From: a virus
Lineage: Duplodnaviria > Heunggongvirae > Uroviricota > Caudoviricetes
Strand: one strand, 5' to 3'
DNA length: 5,915 nucleotides
Virus record (IMG/VR): IMGVR_UViG_2585427787_000007
In this document: positions 1 to 5,474 of the stretch, in pieces
Numbering within the stretch: position 1 is the stretch's first letter
Layout: every line of letters starts with the position of its first letter
Program-made: the position numbers and the translations under genes
Notes under the pieces: model-generated
Told to the model about the DNA's origin: nothing
Database searches by the model: none
Seen by the model: the letters and a program-made list of their open reading frames with translations, nothing else

Positions 1-2
1 CC

Positions 3-203
3 GGACATCAGCGCTATCTCTGCTCTCATTGCCGTAAAACATGGCAACTGCAGTTCACTTACACCGCTTCTCAACCCGGTACGCACCAGAAAATCATTGA
101 TATGGCCATGAATGGCGTTGGATGCCGGGCAACCGCCCGCATTATGGGCGTTGGCCTCAACACGATTTTCCGCCATTTAAAAAACTCAGGCCGCAGTCGG
201 TAA
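3..203 (+). CDS. insA: IS1 InsA (transposition repressor), 5'-truncated by the window edge
   Basis: Frame 3 reads ...[66 protein letters not shown], ending at TAA 201-203; matches the InsA C-terminal region from memory. Confidence 0.85.
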   Translation, partial: GHQRYLCSHCRKTWQLQFTYTASQPGTHQKIIDMAMNGVGCRATARIMGVGLNTIFRHLKNSGRSR

Positions 204-625
204 CCTCGCGCATACAGCCGGGCAGTGACGTCATCGTCTGCGCGGAAATGGACGAACAGTGGGGATACGTCGGGGCTAAATCGCGCCAGCGCTGGCTGTT
301 TTACGCGTATGACAGGCTCCGGAAGACGGTTGTTGCGCACGTATTCGGTGAACGCACTATGGCGACGCTGGGGCGTCTTATGAGCCTGCTGTCACCCTTT
401 GACGTGGTGATATGGATGACGGATGGCTGGCCGCTGTATGAATCCCGCCTGAAGGGAAAGCTGCACGTAATCAGCAAGCGATATACGCAGCGAATTGAGC
501 GGCATAACCTGAATCTGAGGCAGCACCTGGCACGGCTGGGACGGAAGTCGCTGTCGTTCTCAAAATCGGTGGAGCTGCATGACAAAGTCATCGGGCATTA
601 TCTGAACATAAAACACTATCAATAA
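122..625 (+). CDS. insB: IS1 InsB ORF (expressed as the InsAB' fusion transposase after -1 frameshift)
   Basis: 167-aa [19 protein letters not shown]...[15 protein letters not shown]; near-identical to InsB from memory, with a few substitutions suggesting an iso-IS1 variant. Confidence 0.85.
   Translation: MPGNRPHYGRWPQHDFPPFKKLRPQSVTSRIQPGSDVIVCAEMDEQWGYVGAKSRQRWLFYAYDRLRKTVVAHVFGERTMATLGRLMSLLSPFDVVIWMTDGWPLYESRLKGKLHVISKRYTQRIERHNLNLRQHLARLGRKSLSFSKSVELHDKVIGHYLNIKHYQ
176..185 (+). other. IS1 programmed -1 ribosomal frameshift motif (TTTAAAAAAC, A6C) producing the InsAB' transposase
   Basis: A6C run seen at 179-185 near the end of insA, overlapping the insB frame; established IS1 biology. 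Confidence 0.7.
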
Positions 626-640
626 GTTGGAGTCATTACC
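618..640 (+). repeat. IS1 terminal inverted repeat (right end)
   Basis: ATCAATAAGTTGGAGTCATTACC read directly; sequence composition changes abruptly at 641. Confidence 0.8.
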
Positions 641-705
641 TTAATAACGATATAAAGAATGATAAACCAGTTGTACTTACCTCTCTTGCTGAGGTTCAGA
701 ATGAT

Positions 706-1335
706 TTGTGGGCCTATTGTATTAAAGTCCAAAAGGGGGCTGACGTCACTTATTCTTTCCGAAAAATCAGCAGGGGTAAAGTCACAACAAATGAACCACA
801 AAATATGACTCAGCGCGTATTCGCTTTGTTTGATAAAACAGATAAAGAGTTAAGATCATTTGATGGCAGCGCAGTCAATTTTGATGACAAAATCGATTGT
901 ATTTATATAAAAGATCAATTTTATGTATTTCATAAGAAAAGTTTTGAGGCTATTGTAGGCTTGGAGGTTGAGTTTACAGAAGCTGCACAAAAAACATTAA
1001 ATACAATTAAAGAACTTGATCTTATTGAAGGTTTAGATGTTATTGAACAAGCTATTCTTCATAAGCCATCACTGAGAAAAATTCTCACTCATATCGCTGA
1101 GAAAGGTAACCATACGGTTCTGGAAAAGAATGATGTTCAAGCTATGAATGATGTGCTAAAAATGTTTCAGAACGAAGAGTTTAAGACCAATGAGCATGGT
1201 AAATTAGTCATAGAAGATGAGAGGCAAGGAAGAAACTTTCTCAAACTGTTAAATGATTATTATAAACAAGGCATGACTACAAAAAAATACTATGGTACGG
1301 ATAGCGGAAATGTGATTAACCCTATTAAGGCGTAA
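706..1335 (+). CDS. Hypothetical protein, AT-rich; probably the 3' fragment of a gene decapitated by the IS1 insertion (frame open back to the IS1 junction at 641)
   Basis: Frame 1 has no stop between 583 and 1335. The only in-frame start candidates after the IS1 end are TTG 706 and ATG 805. Hand counts on sample 60-mers give about 23-35% G+C against about 60% in ydfU. No family recognised from sequence. Confidence 0.55.
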   Translation: MWAYCIKVQKGADVTYSFRKISRGKVTTNEPQNMTQRVFALFDKTDKELRSFDGSAVNFDDKIDCIYIKDQFYVFHKKSFEAIVGLEVEFTEAAQKTLNTIKELDLIEGLDVIEQAILHKPSLRKILTHIAEKGNHTVLEKNDVQAMNDVLKMFQNEEFKTNEHGKLVIEDERQGRNFLKLLNDYYKQGMTTKKYYGTDSGNVINPIKA

Positions 1336-1683
1336 AGCATATACTATATCTGGAACTGAAATACCAGCCGCCATCAGAAAGAACTGATGGGGCTTACAGA
1401 TAGTAAGTAAATATAAAATGTTAAGGTATTTTTCATGCAAAAATGAAAATCATTGGCACAAATTAGAAACTAAGTAAATTGCTAATACTAATAACTTATT
1501 ATTCTACTTACTATTTGCATGGAGTTATTGTGAATTGCTGGAAAGGTGGGTAATGTTTTTGTAGAATCACGGCGGGTGCTTGAGGCTATCTGCCTCGGGC
1601 ACGAACACCAAAGGCAGATAGAGAAAAGCCCCAGTTAACATTACGCGTCCTGCAAGACGTTTAACATTAATCTGAGGCTCCCT

Positions 1684-1896
1684 ATGCATGACAACATCAG
1701 GTTAGCCTCTTATGTGCCGAAAGGCAAGGAGAAGCAGGCTATGAAGCAGCAAAAGGCGATGTTAATCGCCCTGATCGTCATCTGTTTAACCGTCATAGTG
1801 ACGGCACTGGTAACGAGGAAAGACCTCTGCGAGGTACGAATCCGAACCGGCCAGACGGAGGTCGCTGTCTTCACAGCTTACGAACCTGAGGAGTAA
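1684..1896 (+). CDS. mok-like in-frame upstream reading frame of the hok locus (N-terminally extended Hok, 70 codons)
   Basis: ATG 1684 is preceded by GAGG at 1674-1677 with a 6 nt spacer and is in frame with hokD. My recollection is that chromosomal mok frames are N-terminal extensions of hok; that is not verified here. Confidence 0.4.
   Translation: MHDNIRLASYVPKGKEKQAMKQQKAMLIALIVICLTVIVTALVTRKDLCEVRIRTGQTEVAVFTAYEPEE
1741..1896 (+). CDS. hokD: Hok/Gef-family type I toxin (small membrane-depolarising peptide), HokD/RelF-like
   Basis: 51-aa product MKQQKAMLIALIVICLTVIVTALVTRKDLCEVRIRTGQTEVAVFTAYEPEE with a hydrophobic TM segment and the conserved RKxLCE...EVA motif of the Hok family; SD AAGGAG at 1726-1731. 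Confidence 0.9.
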   Translation: MKQQKAMLIALIVICLTVIVTALVTRKDLCEVRIRTGQTEVAVFTAYEPEE

Positions 1897-1903
1897 GAGA
1901 CCC

Positions 1904-1925
1904 GGCGAGGGAGAAATCCCTCGCC
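1904..1925 (+). other. Stable hairpin in the hok 3' UTR (9-bp stem GGCGAGGGA/TCCCTCGCC, GAAA loop)
   Basis: Perfect inverted repeat read directly, 8 nt after the hokD stop; hok mRNAs are known to carry structured 3' ends involved in fold-back inhibition. Confidence 0.45.
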
Positions 1926-1965
1926 ACCTCTGATGTGGCAGGCATCCTCAACGCACCCGCACTTA

Positions 1966-1990
1966 ACCCGCTTCGGCGGGTTTTTGTTTT
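1966..1990 (+). terminator. Rho-independent terminator of the hok transcript (stem ACCCGC/GCGGGT, TTCG loop, T-rich tail)
   Basis: 6-bp GC-rich stem with a UUCG tetraloop followed by TTTTTGTTTTT. Confidence 0.6.
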
Positions 1991-2004
1991 TATTTTCAAC
2001 GCGT

Positions 2005-2034
2005 TTGAAGTTCTGGACGGTGCCGGAATAGAAT
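2005..2034 (+). promoter_or_regulatory. Candidate sigma70 promoter upstream of rem (-35 TTGAAG, 18-bp spacer, -10 TAGAAT)
   Basis: Hexamers read by eye at 2005-2010 and 2029-2034; not experimentally supported. Confidence 0.25.
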
Positions 2035-2112
2035 CAAAAATACTTAAATAGCGCGCAGGGATAAGAGGGATGGTCCCTTAAAGGGGAGAGCTAATTATCC
2101 GGAAGGATTCTG

Positions 2113-2364
2113 ATGATGAACATCGAAGAACTGCGTAAAATTTTTTGTGAAGATGGCCTCTATGCTGTGTGCGTTGAAAATGGAAATCTTGTTAGTCATT
2201 ACCGCATTATGTGTTTGCGAAAGAATGGGGCTGCGTTAATTAATTTTGTGGATGCTCGGGTCACGGACGGATTTATCTTGCGCGACGGTGAGTTTGTCAC
2301 TTCATTACAGGCATTGAAAGAGATCGGAATAAAAGCTGGCTTTTCTGCTTTTTCAGAAGAATAA
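2113..2364 (+). CDS. rem: Rem, small prophage protein of unknown function (Qin-type prophage)
   Basis: 83-aa ORF MMNIEELRKIFCEDGLYAVCVENGNLVSHYRIMCLRKNGAALINFVDARVTDGF... matches my recollection of E. coli Rem, and it sits immediately downstream of hokD as in Qin. SD GGAAGGA at 2101-2107. Confidence 0.8.
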   Translation: MMNIEELRKIFCEDGLYAVCVENGNLVSHYRIMCLRKNGAALINFVDARVTDGFILRDGEFVTSLQALKEIGIKAGFSAFSEE

Positions 2365-2430
2365 ACTCATCTACAATCTTGCGCGGGGCTGAACTCCCGC
2401 TGAGTAACACCGTGCCACCGGAGAAAACCG

Positions 2431-2709
2431 ATGGCACGCAACGCAAAATATTACAATCATGATAATTCGACCGTTCTTGCCCACACGCACGAGCGGTATT
2501 CTCACGCATTTAAGTCAGACTGGTACCAGCATCCCCCATGCACTGAAGAACAGGCCGAATGGCTCATTCAGTGTTACCGCAGGCGCGGATACGAGGTTAA
2601 AAAAGCCCTTAGCCTCGACTACCGTCACTGGATAATCTCAGTCAGATTGCCTTACTCCGAACGCCCACCGCGTCCGTCCCGCACATTCCAGCAACGCATC
2701 TGGAGGTAA
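2431..2709 (+). CDS. Hypothetical 92-aa protein (unnamed ORF between rem and ydfU)
   Basis: ATG 2431 has SD GGAG at 2420-2423 with a 7 nt spacer; normal G+C; stop TAA 2707-2709 lies 2 nt before the ydfU start. No homolog recalled. Confidence 0.4.
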   Translation: MARNAKYYNHDNSTVLAHTHERYSHAFKSDWYQHPPCTEEQAEWLIQCYRRRGYEVKKALSLDYRHWIISVRLPYSERPPRPSRTFQQRIWR

Positions 2710-2710
2710 C

Positions 2711-3760
2711 GTGCGGGTATTACTTCGACCTGTTCTGGTACCGGAACTCGGGCTGGTGGTCGTTAAGCCGGGCCGTGAATCCATGCCGGTATTCCACAAT
2801 ACCCGGGTACTGGTGGAGCCGGAACCGAAAAGCATGCGTAATCTGCCGTCCGGGGTCGTTCCTGCCGTTCGCCAGCCGCTGGTGGAAGACAAAACATTGC
2901 TGCCGTTTTTCAGTAACGCACGGGTAATTCGTGCTGCTGGTGGTGCTGGTGCATTGTCTGACTGGCTGTTGCGCCATATTAAATCCTGCCAGTGGCCACA
3001 CGGCGATTATCATCACAGCGAAACCGTTATTCACCGTTATGGTACCGGCGCAATGGTGTTGTGCTGGCACTGCGACAACCAGCTGCGTGACCAGACATCC
3101 GAATCACTCGAGCAACTTGCTCATCAAAATCTGTCAGCATGGATGATTGACGTCATCGGTCACGCAATAAGCGGTACGCAGGAGCGTGAATTATCTCTGG
3201 CTGAATTATCCTGGTGGGCGGTCCGCAATCAGGTGGCGGACGCGCTACCGGAAGCGGTATTACGTCGTTCGCTGGGGTTGCGTGCGGAAAAAATCCGCTC
3301 AATGTACCGTGAAAGCGACATCGTACCGGGAGAGCAGACCGCCACCAGCATACTGAAACAGCGCACAAAAAATCTTGCGCCGCTGCCTCACGCCCACCAG
3401 CAACAGAACCCACCACAGGAAAAGACGGTGGTCAGCATTGCCGTTGATCCTGAGTCTCCGGAATCTTTCATGAAACGACCTAAACGTCGCCGCTGGGTTA
3501 ACGAGAAATACACACGCTGGGTGAAGACACAGCCGTGTGCGTGTTGTGGTAAGCCAGCCGACGATCCCCATCACCTGATTGGTCATGGTCAGGGCGGAAT
3601 GGGGACAAAATCTCACGATATTTTCACGCTACCGCTGTGTCGGGAGCATCACAACGAGCTTCATGCGGATCCTCTGGCGTTCGAAGAAAAGCATGGTTCT
3701 CAGGTTGATTTAATTTTTCGTTTTCTTGATCACGCCTTTGCAACTGGCGTGCTTGGGTAA
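2711..3760 (+). CDS. ydfU: DUF968-family prophage protein YdfU-like, with a C-terminal Cys/His HNH-like metal-binding motif (start uncertain: GTG 2711 or ATG 2783)
   Basis: 349-aa ORF; C-terminal ...WVKTQPCACCGKPADDPHHLIGHGQGGMGTKSHDIFTLPLCREHHNELHADP... matches the YdfU/DUF968 family from memory; position between rem and the Q gene agrees with Qin. Confidence 0.8.
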   Translation: MRVLLRPVLVPELGLVVVKPGRESMPVFHNTRVLVEPEPKSMRNLPSGVVPAVRQPLVEDKTLLPFFSNARVIRAAGGAGALSDWLLRHIKSCQWPHGDYHHSETVIHRYGTGAMVLCWHCDNQLRDQTSESLEQLAHQNLSAWMIDVIGHAISGTQERELSLAELSWWAVRNQVADALPEAVLRRSLGLRAEKIRSMYRESDIVPGEQTATSILKQRTKNLAPLPHAHQQQNPPQEKTVVSIAVDPESPESFMKRPKRRRWVNEKYTRWVKTQPCACCGKPADDPHHLIGHGQGGMGTKSHDIFTLPLCREHHNELHADPLAFEEKHGSQVDLIFRFLDHAFATGVLG

Positions 3761-3772
3761 AAGAGGTGAGTG

Positions 3773-4147
3773 ATGCTCATAGATTTGGTTTTACCTTACC
3801 CGCCGACGGTGAACACTTACTGGCGACGCCGTGGCAGCACATATTTTATCTCGGAGGAGGGAAAGCGTTATCGCCGGGCTGTGGCGCTTATTGTTCGCCA
3901 GCAGCGGCTGAAATTAAGCCTGTCCGGAAGGCTGGCGATAAAGGTGATTGCAGAGCCACCGGATAAGCGTCGTCGCGACCTGGACAATATCCTGAAAGCA
4001 CCGCTGGATGCGCTGACGCATGCGGGAGTGTTAATGGACGATGAGCAGTTTGATGAAATCAATATCGTTCGTGGTCAGCCAGTATCTGGTGGACGTCTGG
4101 GGGTGAAGATTTACCCCATAATGCATGAAGAGCAGGTCAAAAAATGA
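3773..4147 (+). CDS. rusA: RusA-family Holliday junction resolvase (crossover junction endodeoxyribonuclease)
   Basis: About 125 aa; acidic motifs RRRDLDN and MDDEQ correspond to the catalytic Asp cluster of RusA. SD AAGAGG at 3761-3766 with a 6 nt spacer to ATG 3773 (GTG 3770 also in frame). Confidence 0.8.
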   Translation: MLIDLVLPYPPTVNTYWRRRGSTYFISEEGKRYRRAVALIVRQQRLKLSLSGRLAIKVIAEPPDKRRRDLDNILKAPLDALTHAGVLMDDEQFDEINIVRGQPVSGGRLGVKIYPIMHEEQVKK

Positions 4148-4965
4148 AACTGGAAGATTTACCGAAATACTACTCCCCAAAATCCCCTTGCCTGACCGAT
4201 GCATCGGCCTCAACGTCAAAAGATGCGCTGAGTATCACTGATGTGATGGCCGCGCAGGGCATGACACAGAATCGGGCTGAGATGGGGTTTTCTGCGTTCC
4301 TGGGGAAAATGGGCATCAGTATGAATGACAGGGCGCGGGCAACAGAATTACTGGCAGATTATGCACTCAGTCGGTGCGATCGTGTGGCGGCGTTGAGAAA
4401 ACTTCCGGCAGAAATAAAACCGTTAGTGATGCGCATTATGGCTTCGTACGCTTTTGAGGATTATGCCCGCAGCGCAGCGAGTAAAAAGCAGTGCCCTTGT
4501 TGCTATGGGGAAAAATTTATTGAAAGCGTAGTTTTTACAAACAAGGTCCAGTATCCGGATGGTAAGCCGCCGGTATGGGCAAAGTGTACGAAAGGTGTGT
4601 ATCCGTCTTACTGGGAAGAATGGAAAAAAGTCAGGGAGGTGGTAAAAGTTGCCTGTCCGGAGTGTGGCGGAAAGGGTGAGGTTTCCACCGTCTGTAAGGA
4701 TTGCCGTGGGCGTGGTGTCGCCATTCACCGTGAAGAGTCGGTAAAACGTGGTATGCCTGTTATCAGAGACTGCCAGCGTTGTGGTGGTCGTGGCTATGAA
4801 AGACTACCATCAACGGAGGCATTTAATGCTATATGCGAGGTGACAAACCAGATAACACGCGCGTCATGGGAAAAAACAGTTAAGAAATTCTATGATGCGC
4901 TGGTGACCCGGTTTGATATTGAAGAAGCATGGGCTGAGCGGCAGTTAAAAAAGGTAACTAGGTAA
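4144..4965 (+). CDS. Late-gene antitermination protein Q (phage 82/21/Qin-type Q) with three CxxCxGxG zinc-finger-like repeats
   Basis: 273-aa ORF; N-terminus MKLEDLPKYYSPKS..LTDASASTS and the C-terminal YDAL region resemble the QuuQ/YdfT-type Q from memory. CPECGGKG, CKDCRGRG and CQRCGGRG repeats read directly. Start ATG 4144 overlaps the rusA stop (ATGA). Confidence 0.8.
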   Translation: MKLEDLPKYYSPKSPCLTDASASTSKDALSITDVMAAQGMTQNRAEMGFSAFLGKMGISMNDRARATELLADYALSRCDRVAALRKLPAEIKPLVMRIMASYAFEDYARSAASKKQCPCCYGEKFIESVVFTNKVQYPDGKPPVWAKCTKGVYPSYWEEWKKVREVVKVACPECGGKGEVSTVCKDCRGRGVAIHREESVKRGMPVIRDCQRCGGRGYERLPSTEAFNAICEVTNQITRASWEKTVKKFYDALVTRFDIEEAWAERQLKKVTR

Positions 4966-4970
4966 CAAGG

Positions 4971-4998
4971 TTGATTTTTCCGGAATCTGTGGTAAATT
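4971..4998 (+). promoter_or_regulatory. PR'-like late promoter with the expected qut region (-35 TTGATT, 16-bp spacer, -10 TAAATT)
   Basis: Hexamers immediately downstream of the Q stop; lambda PR' has -35 TTGACT and -10 TAAATT in the same position relative to Q (recalled, not aligned). Confidence 0.5.
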
Positions 4999-5045
4999 CG
5001 TCATAAAGATGGGCTTTTTATACCTGACGTTAGAAGAGTTTCTAC

Positions 5046-5070
5046 AACCCGCCACCGAGCGGGTTTTTTA
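5046..5070 (+). terminator. tR'-like intrinsic terminator (stem AACCCGC/GCGGGTT, 6-nt loop, T6 tail)
   Basis: Inverted repeat 5046-5052/5059-5065 followed by TTTTTTATT; lies about 45 nt downstream of the putative PR' start, as expected for a Q-antiterminated terminator. Confidence 0.55.
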
Positions 5071-5109
5071 TTGCGGAATTAATTACGGACCGTTATTATT
5101 CTGCTCCCG

Positions 5110-5148
5110 TGATCTTACCCAGCAATAGTGGACACGCGGCTAAGTGAG
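5110..5148 (+). repeat. IS3 left terminal inverted repeat (approximate extent)
   Basis: Begins with the TG dinucleotide typical of IS3-family ends; the 39-bp extent is recalled rather than measured, because the right end is outside the window. Confidence 0.55.
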
Positions 5149-5174
5149 TAAACTCTCAGTCAGAGGTGACTCAC

Positions 5175-5474
5175 ATGACAAAAACAGTATCAACCAGTAA
5201 AAAACCCCGTAAACAGCATTCGCCTGAATTTCGCAGTGAAGCCCTGAAGCTTGCTGAACGCATCGGTGTTACTGCCGCAGCCCGTGAACTCAGCCTGTAT
5301 GAATCACAACTCTACAACTGGCGCAGTAAACAGCAAAATCAGCAGACGTCTTCTGAACGTGAACTGGAGATGTCTACCGAGATTGCACGTCTCAAACGCC
5401 AGCTGGCAGAACGGGATGAAGAGCTGGCTATCCTCCAAAAGGCCGCGACATACTTCGCGAAGCGCCTGAAATGA
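5175..5474 (+). CDS. insE: IS3 OrfA (InsE), helix-turn-helix/leucine-zipper transposase subunit
   Basis: [52 protein letters not shown]...[15 protein letters not shown] matches IS3 InsE from memory. Confidence 0.9.
5435..5441 (+). other. IS3 -1 programmed frameshift motif (CCAAAAG, slippage at A-AAG) generating the OrfAB transposase
   Basis: A AAG at 5438-5441 in the insE frame; a -1 shift here reads through in the insF frame (..ILQK then [15 protein letters not shown]..). Established IS3-family mechanism; exact site inferred. Confidence 0.5.

Larger units (their letters stand above)
1..640 (+). mobile_element. IS1 insertion sequence, partial (left ~128 bp lie outside the window); right terminal inverted repeat ends at 640
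   Basis: Sequence recognised as IS1 throughout, from recall: insA tail, A6C frameshift motif, full insB ORF, and terminal 23 bp ATCAATAAGTTGGAGTCATTACC at 618-640, which is the reverse complement of the canonical IS1 end GGTAATGACTCCAACTTATTGAT. Confidence 0.9.

Noticed and set aside
71-591. Minus-strand ORFs 71-340 (89 aa) and 301-591 (96 aa) inside IS1
   Set aside because: They lie antisense to the well-established insA/insB coding region and match no known IS1 product; treated as chance ORFs.
619-801. Minus-strand 60-aa ORF spanning the IS1 end and the start of the AT-rich region
   Set aside because: It crosses the IS1/target junction, so it cannot be an ancestral gene; no SD seen; likely spurious.
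1368-1393. Hairpin CCATCAG-AAAGAA-CTGATGG after the AT-rich ORF, as a possible terminator
   Set aside because: Not followed by a T-run, so it is not a canonical intrinsic terminator; it may be an mRNA-stabilising hairpin but is not called as a feature.
1249-1440. Minus-strand 63-aa ORF overlapping the 3' end of the AT-rich gene
   Set aside because: It overlaps the more convincing + strand ORF and has a low-complexity hydrophobic tail (..LFIIII); no independent support, though a small antisense gene cannot be fully excluded.
1560-1740. relB/relE remnants upstream of hokD, as in the K-12 relBEF operon
   Set aside because: No frame in this stretch resembles the RelE C-terminus as I recall it, and there is not enough room for relBE between the AT-rich island and hokD.
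2297-2509. Minus-strand 70-aa ORF spanning the rem 3' end and the 92-aa ORF start
   Set aside because: Antisense to two + strand ORFs with better signals; no SD noticed.
2638-3616. Several minus-strand and alternative-frame ORFs inside ydfU (2638-2892, 2720-3070, 2931-3146, 3153-3416, 3299-3616)
   Set aside because: All are embedded in the long, confidently assigned ydfU frame; such shadow ORFs are expected in GC-rich coding sequence.
3766-4219. ORFs 3766-3966 (+), 3868-4062 (-) and 4031-4219 (-) overlapping rusA
   Set aside because: rusA is supported by its catalytic-Asp motifs; the overlapping frames have no recognisable features.
4423-4728. Minus-strand 101-aa ORF inside the Q gene
   Set aside because: Antisense shadow ORF within a confidently identified gene.
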